64,000 bases of DNA from Nitrospirota bacterium (lineage in GTDB: Bacteria; Nitrospirota; UBA9217), in the NCBI GenBank assembly GCA_963790205.1, contig CAWBNQ010000001.1:1131560-1195559 (forward strand), read 5' to 3'. The notes beneath the pieces are model-generated. The model did no database searches. It saw only the letters and a program-made list of their open reading frames with translations, and was not told where the DNA came from. The translations under genes and the position numbers were made by a program. Position 1 is the stretch's first letter, and each line of letters begins with the position of its first letter. Positions 49,336 through 62,522 of this stretch are shown piece by piece.

Positions 49336-50431
49336 ATGAACGTGAGCAATACAATAGTACGAAAAAATACGAGACAGATAACCCTCGGGACCGCCAGGAT
49401 CGGCGGCACCGCGCCCGTGGTCGTCCAGTCCATGTGCAATACGGACACTCGCGATGCAACGAGGACGCTCGAACAGATCAGCCGTCTCGAACAGGCGGGC
49501 TGCGAGATCGTGCGCCTGGCGGTCCCTGATGAAGCAGCAGCGAAGGCGCTGGGCTCGATCAGGAAGGGAACGAGGATCCCGCTGATCGCCGATATCCATT
49601 TCGACTATCGTCTTGCGCTCGAAGCCGTAAAGCAGGGCGTTGACGGACTCAGGATCAATCCCGGCAACATCGGCGGAAAGAGCAAAGTTTCAGAAGTGGT
49701 GCGCGCGTGTAAGGACCGGGGCATCCCGATCCGTATCGGCGTGAACGCGGGTTCGCTCGAAAAGGACCTGCTCGAAAAGTATCAGCCATCCTACACCCGA
49801 GGCCATTGTCGAGAGCGCCTTCGGGCATATCAGAATTCTCGAAGACCTGAATTTTACGGACCTCAAAGTTTCGCTCAAAGCCTCGGACGTGCTCACCACG
49901 GTTGCGTCCTACCGGTTATTCTCGGAGAAATCGGACTATCCGCTCCACATCGGCATCTCGGAGGCAGGCACGCTCTTTTCCGGCACGATCAAGTCGAGCG
50001 TGGGACTCGGGATACTTCTTGCCGAAGGCATCGGCGATACGATGCGGGTATCGCTCACCGCTGACCCCGTCGAAGAAGTGCGTGTCGCATGCGAGATCCT
50101 GAAGTCGCTCAAGGTCCGCCAGCGCGGAGTGAACATCATCTCCTGTCCGACCTGCGGCAGGACCGAGATCGACATCATCGGTCTTGCCCAGGAAGTGGAG
50201 AAGCGGCTTGCGCACATCAAGGAGCCGATCACCGTCGCGGTCATGGGCTGCGTGGTGAACGGGCCGGGCGAGGCGCGCGAGGCGGACGTGGGCATCGCCG
50301 GCGGTAAGGGCGTGGGCCTTTTGTTCAAGCACGGCGATATTCTCAAAAAGTTCGACGAGAAGGAACTGGCTGACGTGCTGGTGAAGGAAGTGGAAGAGAT
50401 CGTACATAAGCAAGTAAACAGCAAGAAGTAG
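49336..50431 (+). CDS. ispG: HMBPP synthase IspG, one +1 frameshift near 49783
   Basis: VQSMCNT, ADIHFD, RINPGN, RIGVNAGSL; then HPTPEAIVESA..SCPTCGR..MGCVVNGPGE in the shifted frame. Confidence 0.93.
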
Positions 50432-50512
50432 GGAGTAAACAGCGAGGCAAATTTATTTGCCTACTGCCTACTGCGTACTTCATACTGTATTTTACTCGAC
50501 CGGAGGTTAATA

Positions 50513-52205
50513 GTGCGCTATTCCCATCTCTTCATTCCGACCTTGAAGGAGGCTCCGTCCGAGGCCGAGGCGGTGTCGCACAAGCTCATGGTGCGCGCGG
50601 GCTATGTGCGCCAGCTTGCGGCGGGGCTTTATATCTATCTGCCCTTAGGCCAGCGGGTTATGCACAAGATCAACCAGATCATCCGGGAGGAGATGAACGC
50701 CATCGGCGGCCAGGAAGTGACCATGCCGGTGCTGAACCCCGCCGAGGTCTGGCAGCAGACCGGGCGGTGGGACGCGATCGGCGACGAGATGTTCAGGCTC
50801 AAGGACCGCGGCGACCGCGACATGTGCCTTGCCATGACGCATGAGGAGACCATGACGTGGCTGGCGGCGCACGATCTCCGGTCTTACCGCGACCTGCCGC
50901 AGATCTGGTACCAGGTCCAGACCAAGCTTCGGGACGAGGCGCGGCCCAAGAGCGGCATCCTGCGCACCCGCGAGTTCACCATGAAAGACTCATACAGCTT
51001 CGATTGCGACGAAGCGGGTCTCGATAAGTCCTATCAGCTCCACCTCGAAGCGTACAAAAAGATTTACAGCCGGTGCGGCATCAAGTTCTACGTGGTCCAG
51101 AGCGACACCGGCATGATGGGCGGCTCCATGGCGCACGAGTACATGGCGCCCTCCCCGGCCGGCGAGGATGACGTGGCGCTGTGCGACGGCTGCGGCTACG
51201 CGGCGAACGTGGAACTGGCGTTGTCCGTGCCGAACTTGCCGAATGTTCCCGATTGGAAGTATGAAGAAGTCGCGACACCGGAAAAACGGACCATCGAGGA
51301 GGTGACGCGCTTCTTAAAGGTCGACGCCCGACCTTTTGATCAAGTCCATCCTTGTGATAAGCGATAACGGACCCGTCCTTGCTCTGGTGCGCGGCGACCA
51401 GATGCTTCATGAGAAAAAACTGTCGAAGCTCATCGGCCCTCACCGCCCGGCGCAGAAAGAAGAAGTGAAGGAACACCTCGGCGTGCCTGCCGGTTTCATC
51501 GGCCCCATGGGCCACACGATCAGAAAGATCGCCGATCCATCCCTCAAGGAAGGGTCCTTCATCGCCGGCGCAAACAAGGAGGGCTATCACGTAAAGGGCG
51601 TGAGCGCGGACAAGCATTTTGCGGACGCCGAATTTGCCGATATCCATGTTGCGGCCGCGGGCGACGCCTGCGCTCAGTGCGGCAAGCCGCTCCGGATCGA
51701 GCGCGTGATCGAGATCGGCAATATCTTCAAGCTCGGGACGAAGTATTCCGTTCCCCTCAAGGCGAATTATCTCGACGAGAACGGCGCGGAGAAGCCGATC
51801 ATCATGGGCAGCTACGGCATCGGGCCGGCCCGGATCGCGGCCGCGGCCATCGAGCAGGGGAACGACGAGAACGGCATGATCTGGCCGCTTGCGATCGCGC
51901 CCTATCAGGTGATGGTCCTGCCGGTGAACGTGAAGGACGCGAAGTCCATGGATATCGCGGAAGAGCTGTATGCCGCCCTGGAAGAAAAAGGCTTCGAGGT
52001 CCTGATGGACGACCGCGACGAGCGCGCGGGCATCAAGTTCAAGGACGCGGACCTTATCGGCATCCCCTACCGCATCATCATCGGCGAGAAGAACCTGAAG
52101 GAGGGCCTGGTGGAGGTGAAGGAGCGAAAGACGGGCCGGGTCGAAAAGATAAGGATCGAAGAGGCTGTTGAGAAAATGGCGAAGACGCTGGTGCTGGAAG
52201 GATAA
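50513..52205 (+). CDS. proS: Proline--tRNA ligase, one +1 frameshift near 51332
   Basis: [30 protein letters not shown]; then [29 protein letters not shown]. Confidence 0.95.
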
Positions 52206-52343
52206 AAAAGTCAGGAGTTCAGAGTCCATAGTTCGTAGCACAGCGGCATAGAGGGCGTGCGGGCTGGCAGCTTAATTTCGCTGGGAGGAACAGATAATTG
52301 TGGTTGATAAAAAATCCGTACTATGCTCTCGAAATAAAAGAAC

Positions 52344-52372
52344 TTGAATTTAGCCTGGAAAGCTCCTATAAT
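52344..52372 (+). promoter_or_regulatory. Sigma70 promoter TTGAAT-17-TATAAT
   Basis: Consensus spacing, upstream of GGAGG and ATG 52397. Confidence 0.6.
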
Positions 52373-52396
52373 GCGAGTTTATGGAGGGTTCGCTTA

Positions 52397-52624
52397 ATGG
52401 AAGAGATCGTCAAACTTGCCCTGACCCCGCATCAGACTGCAGAAATTAAAAAACAGATCGGATTTGAGCTCCGGGAAATCTATCTTACGAAGCGCTCCCT
52501 CAATAAGCTTCGGGTTTTTCGTCTCCGTTTGAATGAAGAACAGCAGCAGGTCATGGAAGAGCAGCTTGGCCAGAAGGTCAAGGAGCTAACGGTGACCCGC
52601 TCGGTGGCGACGAGGATCCTCTAG
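52397..52624 (+). CDS. Small hypothetical protein with an internal duplication
   Basis: RBS and promoter; two L.L...Q......Q.G....E...T units. Confidence 0.6.
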   Translation: MEEIVKLALTPHQTAEIKKQIGFELREIYLTKRSLNKLRVFRLRLNEEQQQVMEEQLGQKVKELTVTRSVATRIL

Positions 52625-52714
52625 GGGCCCCGGCCACATTTTTTATAAATAAGAACGCGGTTCCTTCTGGTTTGCTTTGCACATTATTATATGCCCGAAA
52701 GGAGGTGAATATTC

Positions 52715-52906
52715 ATGAAAAGATATATTGCAATCATTTTGGCCCTCGTATTTGCATTCACGGTCGCCCTCGTTGGCTGCGAGAAAAAGCAGGAAGCCCC
52801 GAAACCCGCTGAACAGCCCGCGATGACGCCGCCGGCGCCTGCGCCAGCCCCGACCCCGGCAGTTCCTGCACCGGCCCCGACCCCGGAAAAGCCGGCCAAG
52901 AAGTAA
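52715..52906 (+). CDS. Small Pro/Ala-rich lipoprotein
   Basis: AAGGAGGTGA RBS; LVGC lipobox; PAPAPAP tail. Confidence 0.8.
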   Translation: MKRYIAIILALVFAFTVALVGCEKKQEAPKPAEQPAMTPPAPAPAPTPAVPAPAPTPEKPAKK

Positions 52907-52944
52907 GTTTATGGTCCTCAGAAACACGAAATATATCGACACAT

Positions 52945-52968
52945 GGCCCCCTTTTGAGGGGGCCTTTT
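52945..52968 (+). terminator. Intrinsic terminator
   Basis: GGCCCCCT-tttg-AGGGGGCC-TTTT. Confidence 0.8.
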
Positions 52969-53069
52969 ATTTGGGACCAAAAGGCTTCATGCATTATCCT
53001 CAGCAGCGCTGTGCCGCGACGAGGAGATTTTTTTGCTTAAAATTGCGCTTTAATCTATGATAATCCCAT

Positions 53070-54866
53070 ATGACTAAGCTCACGACGGACTTTCTCTGCG
53101 AAATCCTGCTCAAGGCGGGGAAACTATCCCCTGAGCAGGTCCGCGAGACAAGGGCCAAACAGGACGTACAGCGGATGAAGCTTCTCAAGGCGAGAGGCGA
53201 GACCCTGCGCCGAGGAAGGATGCACATCGAAGACGAAGTATCGGCCATCGAAGTCGCCGCGTCGCTTGATTTTGAGGTCCCGGGCGCTCCCGGCCAGATC
53301 CTGACTGAAGACGTCATCACCGAGACCGTGGCAAAATTTGCGGGCCTGCCGTTCAAAAAGATAGATCCGCTCAAGCTTAACCCGGAAGTCACCACCCAGG
53401 TCCTTTCGCGGGCCTTTGCGCGCAGGAGCGTTTCGGTCCCCATCGAGCGGGATGACGACAAGCTTACGCTTGCTGTCGCGGATCCCTATAATATAGAAGT
53501 GGTCGAGAACATCGAGCACATGGGTTACAAGGTCTCCCGGGTGGTCACGCCCAAGACCGACATTCTCAAGATCATCACCGAGTTCTACGGGTTCCACTCT
53601 TCGGTGACCGCTGCCGCCAGGGAGATGACCTCCGAGGTCGATCTCGGAAACCTCGAACAATTCGTCAAGATGAAGTCCGTGTCCGAGATCGAGGCCACGG
53701 ACAAGCACATTGTGAATGCCGTGGAGTTCCTCTTCCGCTATGCTTTCGACCAGCGTGCCAGCGACATCCATATCGAGCCCAAGCGGGAGGCGGGCGAAGT
53801 GCGGCTTCGGATCGACGGCATGCTCCACACCATCCACATGATACCCAAGGCGGTCCACCCGGCGTTCGTATCGCGCATCAAGATGCTCTCGCGCATGGAC
53901 ATAGCCGAAAAGCGGCGGCCCCAGGACGGGCGGATCAAGACGGAATACAAGGGCCGCGAGGTCGAGCTCCGGGTCTCCACCATGCCGACGGCCTTCGGGG
54001 AGAAAGTGGTGGTCAGGATCTTCGACCCCGACATCCTTCTCCAGGACCTCGAGGAGATCGGGTTTGCGTTGAGGGAATACGAGCTCTTCCGTTCCTTCAT
54101 CGCCAGGCCGCACGGCATCGTGTTGGTGACCGGCCCCACGGGGAGCGGCAAGACCACGACGCTGTACTCGGCGCTCAAGACCGTTGCCACGCCCGAAGTG
54201 AACGTGGTGACCATCGAAGATCCCATAGAAATGGTCCACGACCGTTTCAACCAGGTGAGCGTCCAGCCGCAGATCGGCGTTACCTTCGGCAGCGCGCTCA
54301 GGACGATCCTCCGCCAGGACCCCGACATCATCATGGTGGGCGAGATCCGCGACCTTGAAACGGCCGAGAACGCGGTCCAGGCCGCGCTCACCGGCCACCT
54401 CGTTTTCTCAACACTGCACACGAACGATGCGGCGAGCTCCATGACGAGGCTCCTCGACCTCGGCGTGGCGCCGTACCTTATTTCCTCGACGATCATCGGC
54501 GTGATGGCCCAGCGTCTTGTGAGAAAGATCTGCAAGCACTGCGAGAAGACCTACGAACTGCTGCCCGAAGAGGGCCAGGCCGTGGGACTCGCCTCGGACC
54601 GGAGCCGGAAAATTGTGGTAAAATACGGCGAGGGGTGTCCCCAATGCCGGGGTACGGGCTACCTGGGCAGGACGGGCATCTTCGAGGTCATGGAAGTGAA
54701 CGAGAAGATCAGGTCGATCATCAAAGAGAAGGCCGATGCGGACCTCATTGGAAAAGCGGCGATAGCCGACGGCATGGTCGTCCTGCGCGAGGCCGCGGTC
54801 AGGAAGATGTTGAACGGCGAGACGACCTTCGATGAAGTGATCCGGGTGACGGGAGAGAAAAGCTGA
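53070..54866 (+). CDS. GspE/PilB-family secretion or pilus assembly ATPase
   Basis: ASDIHIEP, PQDGR, GPTGSGKTT, EDPIE, RQDPD, CxxC pairs. Confidence 0.93.
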   Translation: MTKLTTDFLCEILLKAGKLSPEQVRETRAKQDVQRMKLLKARGETLRRGRMHIEDEVSAIEVAASLDFEVPGAPGQILTEDVITETVAKFAGLPFKKIDPLKLNPEVTTQVLSRAFARRSVSVPIERDDDKLTLAVADPYNIEVVENIEHMGYKVSRVVTPKTDILKIITEFYGFHSSVTAAAREMTSEVDLGNLEQFVKMKSVSEIEATDKHIVNAVEFLFRYAFDQRASDIHIEPKREAGEVRLRIDGMLHTIHMIPKAVHPAFVSRIKMLSRMDIAEKRRPQDGRIKTEYKGREVELRVSTMPTAFGEKVVVRIFDPDILLQDLEEIGFALREYELFRSFIARPHGIVLVTGPTGSGKTTTLYSALKTVATPEVNVVTIEDPIEMVHDRFNQVSVQPQIGVTFGSALRTILRQDPDIIMVGEIRDLETAENAVQAALTGHLVFSTLHTNDAASSMTRLLDLGVAPYLISSTIIGVMAQRLVRKICKHCEKTYELLPEEGQAVGLASDRSRKIVVKYGEGCPQCRGTGYLGRTGIFEVMEVNEKIRSIIKEKADADLIGKAAIADGMVVLREAAVRKMLNGETTFDEVIRVTGEKS

Positions 54867-54936
54867 ATTTCGGATTTCGGATTGCAGATTTCTGATTTTA
54901 ATCCGCAATTCGCAATCTGCAATCTGCAATCGACAC

Positions 54937-56214
54937 ATGAACACCTTTTTGTCATTCATAGCCGACTACTGGCCGCTGCTCGGTCTGTCCGGCGTAAGCG
55001 TGCTCCTTGCGGCGTTCTTTGCCGCGTCGGAGACGGCTATTGTGTTCGCGAACAAGGCGCACCTTCGCGAGATGGCCGAAGCCGGAAATCAGCGCGCCGT
55101 CGTTGCGCTCAGCCTCCTTGAGGAACGGGGCGGCTTGCACAGTACGCTGCTGCTCGCTGAGAACTTTTTCATTGTGCTCGCCGCAGCGCTCGGTACGGTG
55201 ACTGCCATGCGGCTCTTCGCTGACACGATCGTTGCCGTGATCGTTTCGACGGTCGTCTCGAGCGTGCTCGTGGTGCTCGTGTCCAAGCTCGCTCCCAAGG
55301 GGCTCGCAGCCAGGAACCCCGATCGGCTTGCGCTTATCGTGGCCCATCCCATGCGGTTCGTCATGCGGCTTATCTCCCCTGTTGCCCGTCTGCTCGCCGT
55401 TGTGGCGGATTTCGTTGCCGGCCCCGGGCCGCAGGGTATGTCCTGTACGGCCGTGGTCACCGAAGAGGACATCAAAGCCATGATCAATCTCGGAGAAGAG
55501 GGCGGCTCGCTCAAGGAGGAAGAGAAGGAGCTGCTTCACAAGGTGTTCGAGTTCGGCGATACCCTCTCGGCGGAAGCCATGCGGCCGCGGACCGAGATCG
55601 TCAGCGTGCCGTCGAATGCAACGCTCCAGGACGTGTTCAGCCTCGTATCCGAGTTCGGGTATTCGCGCTACCCGGTGATCGAAGACACCATCGATACGGT
55701 CATCGGCATCCTGTACATCAAGGACATACTGGTCGCCATGTCGGCCGGCGAAGTGAAGCGCGGGGACGGCATCCAACGGTTCATCAGGCCGGCGTACTTC
55801 ATCCCGGAGAACAAGCGGGTGAGCGAGCTTCTTTCCGAAATGCAGCGGGAGCGGTTCCAGATCGCCATCGTCATCGACGAGTACGGCGGGACTGCGGGGC
55901 TCGTGACGCTCGAGGACCTGATCGAAGAGATCGTCGGAAGTATCCACGACGAACTTGAAACAACGGAGAAGGAAGTCGAGATCGTTGATGAGAAGAACTT
56001 TATGGTCTCCGGCCAGTCGGCCCTCGATGAAGTGAATGAGCTGCTCGGCACGAACCTTCAATCCAAGGATTTTAACACGCTGGGCGGCTTTGTATTCGGG
56101 CTCTTCGGCAGGATGCCGAAGGTCGGGGAGCAGCTCAAGTACAAGAACCTCAAGCTCGAGGTCCTGGAGCTCGAGGGACGAAAGATCGACAAGGTGAAGA
56201 TAACGAAGCTGTAG
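54937..56214 (+). CDS. CNNM/HlyC-CorC family transporter (DUF21, CBS pair, CorC)
   Basis: [36 protein letters not shown]. Confidence 0.92.
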   Translation: MNTFLSFIADYWPLLGLSGVSVLLAAFFAASETAIVFANKAHLREMAEAGNQRAVVALSLLEERGGLHSTLLLAENFFIVLAAALGTVTAMRLFADTIVAVIVSTVVSSVLVVLVSKLAPKGLAARNPDRLALIVAHPMRFVMRLISPVARLLAVVADFVAGPGPQGMSCTAVVTEEDIKAMINLGEEGGSLKEEEKELLHKVFEFGDTLSAEAMRPRTEIVSVPSNATLQDVFSLVSEFGYSRYPVIEDTIDTVIGILYIKDILVAMSAGEVKRGDGIQRFIRPAYFIPENKRVSELLSEMQRERFQIAIVIDEYGGTAGLVTLEDLIEEIVGSIHDELETTEKEVEIVDEKNFMVSGQSALDEVNELLGTNLQSKDFNTLGGFVFGLFGRMPKVGEQLKYKNLKLEVLELEGRKIDKVKITKL

Positions 56215-56297
56215 TGAAATACGGTTCAAACTGTTCAATCGGTTTAAACCGTTCAAACCGCTTAAACGGCTTGAACATTATCCTTGGAGGTGTTGCA

Positions 56298-57221
56298 GTG
56301 CGGAAGAAAGTAACGGTAGTGGGAGCGGGCCATGTCGGCGCGACCCTGGCGCAGCGGATCGCCGAGGCCGAGCTGGCGGACGTGGTTCTCGTCGATGTCG
56401 TGGAAGGCGTGCCGCAGGGCAAGGGGCTCGATCTCCTGGAGGCGGGACCGGTGCTCGGATACGATTCCCGGATCACGGGTTCGAACGGGTATGACGAAAC
56501 AACAGGGTCGGACATTATCGTGATCACGGCGGGTCTGGCGCGCAAGCCCGGCATGAGCCGCGATGACCTGCTCGCGGCGAACGGCGACATCGTGAAAAAG
56601 GTCGCCCAGGAGACCGGGCGCCGCTCTCCACATGCGATCATGATCGTGGTCACGAACCCCATGGACGTCATGGCCTTCGTGGCCTTGAAAGCGAGCGGGT
56701 TCAAACGAGAGAAGGTCATCGGCATGGGCGGGGTGCTCGATTCCGCCCGGTTCAGGGCCTTTATCGCCCTGGAGCTCGGCGTCTCCGTGGAGAACACCCA
56801 TGCTTTCGTGCTCGGCGGGCATGGGGACAGCATGGTGCCGCTGCCTCGTTACTCCACGGTGGCCGGCATTCCCATCACGGAACTCATGAGCGCGGACCGG
56901 ATCAGTCGGCTCGTCGAGCGCACGCGGAACGGCGGCGCCGAGATCGTCGCCCTGCTCAAGACGGGAAGCGCCTACTATGCGCCGTCGGCGGCAACGCTCG
57001 AGATGGTCGAGGCCCTGCTCCTGGACAAGAAAAAGATCCTTCCCTGCTCCACCTGGCTCGAGGGGGAATACGGCGTCAAGGGCGCCTTTGCCGGCGTACC
57101 GGTGAAACTCGGCGCCTCGGGCGTTCTGCAGGTGATCGAGATCCAACTGGGGGTTGATGAGCAGGCGGCGTTCATGAAGTCCGTGGACGCAGTGAGGGCG
57201 GGATGCGCGAAATTCATGTAG
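56298..57221 (+). CDS. mdh: Malate dehydrogenase (LDH-like)
   Basis: [37 protein letters not shown] then GTG start. Confidence 0.95.
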   Translation: MRKKVTVVGAGHVGATLAQRIAEAELADVVLVDVVEGVPQGKGLDLLEAGPVLGYDSRITGSNGYDETTGSDIIVITAGLARKPGMSRDDLLAANGDIVKKVAQETGRRSPHAIMIVVTNPMDVMAFVALKASGFKREKVIGMGGVLDSARFRAFIALELGVSVENTHAFVLGGHGDSMVPLPRYSTVAGIPITELMSADRISRLVERTRNGGAEIVALLKTGSAYYAPSAATLEMVEALLLDKKKILPCSTWLEGEYGVKGAFAGVPVKLGASGVLQVIEIQLGVDEQAAFMKSVDAVRAGCAKFM

Positions 57222-58042
57222 AAGAGATCAGGGACCACGTCGCCCAGATCTGCATCGATGCGGCGTACAACCTGAGCGACGACGTGCTCACGGCCTTTGA
57301 CCGCGCGATCGAGACCGAGACCGCGCCGGGGGCCAGGGAGATCATCGAACTCCTGAAAGAGAACGCCCGCATCGCAAAAGAAGACCATATTCCGATCTGC
57401 CAGGACACGGGTGTTGCCATTTTTTTCGTCGAGATCGGCCAGGACCTCAGGATCAGGAACGGTTTCATCGTAGACGCCATCAACGACGGCGTGCGCAAGG
57501 GATACAAGGAAGGCCATCTCAGGAAATCCGTTGTGGATCCCCTCACGAGAAAAAATACCGGCGACAACACGCCGGCCATCATCTATACCGAGCTTGTGCC
57601 CGGGGACAAGCTCAAGATATCCTTTATGCCCAAAGGCGCGGGGAGCGAGAACATGAGCGTGATCCGCATGCTGCGGCCCACCGAGGGCGTGGAAGGGATC
57701 AGGAACTTTGTGCTCGAGTGCGTGCAGAAGGCCGGCGCAAACCCCTGCCCGCCGGTGGTCATCGGCGTGGGCATCGGGGGCGATTTCGAAAAGGCCGCGC
57801 TCATTTCGAAGAAGGCGCTTCTGCGGCCCATCGGCAACCCGAACCCGAAGCTGGAACTCGCCTCCCTTGAAGAGATGCTGCTCAAGGCCGTGAACAAGAC
57901 CGGCATCGGCCCCGAAGGTCTCGGCGGAAAAGTGACGGCCATGGCCGTGCACGTCGAGAGCTTCCCGTGCCACATCGCGAGCCTGCCCGTGGCGGTGAAC
58001 ATCAACTGCCACGCGGCGAGACACAAGACGATCATTCTTTGA
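57203..58042 (+). CDS. Class I fumarate hydratase, alpha subunit
   Basis: [32 protein letters not shown]. Confidence 0.93.
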   Translation: MREIHVEEIRDHVAQICIDAAYNLSDDVLTAFDRAIETETAPGAREIIELLKENARIAKEDHIPICQDTGVAIFFVEIGQDLRIRNGFIVDAINDGVRKGYKEGHLRKSVVDPLTRKNTGDNTPAIIYTELVPGDKLKISFMPKGAGSENMSVIRMLRPTEGVEGIRNFVLECVQKAGANPCPPVVIGVGIGGDFEKAALISKKALLRPIGNPNPKLELASLEEMLLKAVNKTGIGPEGLGGKVTAMAVHVESFPCHIASLPVAVNINCHAARHKTIIL

Positions 58043-58147
58043 AATTCGAAGTTGGAATTTCGAAGCACTCAATAAATTTTGAAATTGCAAATTCGAATTT
58101 ATTTCTGATTTCGATATTGGAAATTAGAAATTAAAGGTGCTATCGTC

Positions 58148-58729
58148 ATGACCGAACCGATTAAACTGACACCTCCTCTGACGGATGAAGTCGTCATGAA
58201 GCTCAAAGCCGGCGACCGAGTGGTCATCACCGGCGTGATCTACACAGGCAGGGACATGGCGCACAAGTATATGGTCGAGGGACATTTGAAGGGCGAGAAG
58301 CTTCCCTTCGAGCTCAAAGGCCAGATCCTGTACTACACCGGTCCTACGCCTGCGCCTCCGGGCAAGCCCATCGGCTCGGCCGGGCCGACGACGAGCTACC
58401 GCATGGATAAGTACACGCCAACCCTGCTTGAGCTGGGGCTCAAGGGTATGATCGGCAAGGGACCGCGCGGCCAGGAAGTGAAGGACGCGATCAAGAAATA
58501 TAAGGCCGTCTACTTCGCGGCCATCGGCGGCGCGGGCGCGCTCATCTCGAAAACGATCAGAAAGGCCGAGGTGCTCGCCTATCCCGAGCTCGGGACCGAA
58601 GCGGTGATGCGCCTGGAGGTCGAGGACTTCCCCGCCGTGGTCGTGAATGACGTGCACGGCGCGGACCTGTACCGGATCGGGGTGGAGCAGTACAGGGAAG
58701 CAGGGGCTGTTGAGGACGAGTCCTGCTGA
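58148..58729 (+). CDS. Class I fumarate hydratase, beta subunit
   Basis: RDMAH, GPTTSYRM, GMIGKG, GGAGAL. Confidence 0.93.
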   Translation: MTEPIKLTPPLTDEVVMKLKAGDRVVITGVIYTGRDMAHKYMVEGHLKGEKLPFELKGQILYYTGPTPAPPGKPIGSAGPTTSYRMDKYTPTLLELGLKGMIGKGPRGQEVKDAIKKYKAVYFAAIGGAGALISKTIRKAEVLAYPELGTEAVMRLEVEDFPAVVVNDVHGADLYRIGVEQYREAGAVEDESC

Positions 58730-58777
58730 AAACATGAGAACATTTTCACCGCAGAAGACGCAGAGGTTTTACCCTTT

Positions 58778-58835
58778 GTAGGCGCGGTCCTGCGTGGCCG
58801 CCCATTTCAGGGCAACCACGCAGGGTTGCCCCTCC
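58778..58835. repeat. REPIN-like inverted pair of GTAG-type REP sequences
   Basis: GTAGGCGCGGTCCTGCGTGGCCGCCC, then the inverted GGGCAACCACGCAGGGTTGCCCCTCC. Confidence 0.75.
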
Positions 58836-58859
58836 GTTAGAAAATTGAAGGAGAGAAAC

Positions 58860-59393
58860 ATGCCGATCAAGTCGAAGATCAGGACCATTCCCGATTACCC
58901 CAAGAAGGGCATCTTGTTCCGCGATATCACCACGCTGATCAAGGACCCCGTAGGCTTCCGGCTGGTGGTCGACACGCTGACCCAGCGGTATATTCATGCC
59001 AGTTATAAATTCGATACGATAGTCGGCATCGAGTCGAGGGGCTTCATCATCGGCGCCGCGATGTCATATGCGCTCGGGAAGGGCTTCATCCCCATTCGCA
59101 AAAAAGGCAAGCTCCCCGCGGCCGTGGAATTTCAGGAATACGCGCTTGAGTACGGCACGGACAGGATCGAGATCCATAAGGACGCGTTGAAAAAGGGCGA
59201 GCGGGTGCTGCTCGTGGACGACCTTCTCGCCACCGGCGGCACGGCAATGGCCGCGGCCGCACTCATCGAGAAACTCGGAGGCGTGGTCGTGGAGATGGCG
59301 TTCATTGTGGACCTGCCGGAAGTAGGGGGGCGGAAGAAGCTGGAGAGTAAAGGCTACAAGGTTTTCTCCCTCACGGAGTTTGAAGGGGAATAG
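58860..59393 (+). CDS. apt: Adenine phosphoribosyltransferase
   Basis: IPDYPKKGILFRDIT, ESRGF, RKKGKLP, VDDLLATGGT. Confidence 0.97.
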   Translation: MPIKSKIRTIPDYPKKGILFRDITTLIKDPVGFRLVVDTLTQRYIHASYKFDTIVGIESRGFIIGAAMSYALGKGFIPIRKKGKLPAAVEFQEYALEYGTDRIEIHKDALKKGERVLLVDDLLATGGTAMAAAALIEKLGGVVVEMAFIVDLPEVGGRKKLESKGYKVFSLTEFEGE

Positions 59394-59419
59394 CGTCTGG
59401 GAGAAAGAGACTGTTGCTG

Positions 59420-59452
59420 AAAAAGGCATTGTCTATTGGCAATGCCTTTTTT
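59420..59452. terminator. Bidirectional intrinsic terminator
   Basis: AAAAAGGCATTG / CAATGCCTTTTTT. Confidence 0.85.
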
Positions 59453-59522
59453 GTTTAGTTCTACAAGCTTGCATCACAACCGATAAATAAAGGGTGCAAA
59501 ATACCGGTAGTAACTTGGTACA

Positions 59523-59579
59523 CATGAACGCCAAGGGTCAGGCGCGCTGTTAAGCGTCGCCTGCACCCTCTTGTTAGTT
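59523..59579 (-). mobile_element. attC site (57 bp), minus orientation, downstream of katG
   Basis: Minus strand: AACTAAC AAGAG GGTGCAG ... CTGACC CTTGGC GTTCATG with an extrahelical G. Confidence 0.7.
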
Positions 59580-59630
59580 TTCGTTTTATCGCCGCCCTGT
59601 CAGAAGCTCTCGAAGACGTTTATGCTACGA

Positions 59631-61865
<2,235 letters not shown>

Positions 61866-61869
61866 CTAC

Positions 61870-62205
61870 TTATGTGTCTCCGACTGCTGCCGAAAAAGTC
61901 TCAACTACCTCATATATTCCGGGCTCGAACTTGGCGAGTGCGAGGGCCTGCTGCAGGTAAGGTAGAGGAGCAGGATTCTCACGCATGGCTCGATAGTCCT
62001 CGATACTGCGCCATTGAGCATACATCGCGACCTTGGTGCCATCTAGGCTGCGATGAAGGCTGGCGGAAATAAAACCTGGCACATGGCGCACAGAGGTTTC
62101 AGTCGCACGGGCAAGCAAATCAAGAAGTTGTTGCTGGTTTGCGGGCTCAACGGTGAAAACGTTGATGAGCGTAACAAGCCTGTTACTCTTGGAGATCGTT
62201 ATCAT
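61870..62205 (-). CDS. Antibiotic biosynthesis monooxygenase (ABM) family protein
   Basis: LINVFTVEP..PGFISASLHRSLDG..YAQW. Confidence 0.88.
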   Translation of the reverse strand: MITISKSNRLVTLINVFTVEPANQQQLLDLLARATETSVRHVPGFISASLHRSLDGTKVAMYAQWRSIEDYRAMRENPAPLPYLQQALALAKFEPGIYEVVETFSAAVGDT

Positions 62206-62522
62206 AAGCAGTCCTGCAGATTGTGATAGTTTGAAAACATTCGATCAATGCAGCCACGACTGATTAGTTTTTCTCGAGAAAGGATTAGATGCCTACCACG
62301 TTATTGAAGAGTTTCTCTACTGCTTTTGATATTATATCAGAAAGGATGAAATACATTAGGCCAATAATGTCGAGTTAATATTCTAAGCAGTAGAAATTAA
62401 CAGATTCCGAATGAAAAGTGCAATAATTCGAATAGTCGAAACTACCACAACTTCAGAAAGAAATTGCAACTTCGGCACTGTCTCAACTGTAGTGTTCTAC
62501 CTTTTGATCCTGGGGAGCTCCC

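Noticed and set aside
49770..51345. Programmed ribosomal frameshifting in ispG/proS
   Set aside because: No slippery site or stimulatory structure is evident; several similar indels point to sequencing error.
18426..58090. Many long antisense or alternate-frame ORFs (e.g. 18426-20144, 22798-24276, 35007-36407, 53124-54398, 56975-58090)
   Set aside because: Shadow ORFs of well-supported genes in GC-rich DNA, with no recognisable motifs.
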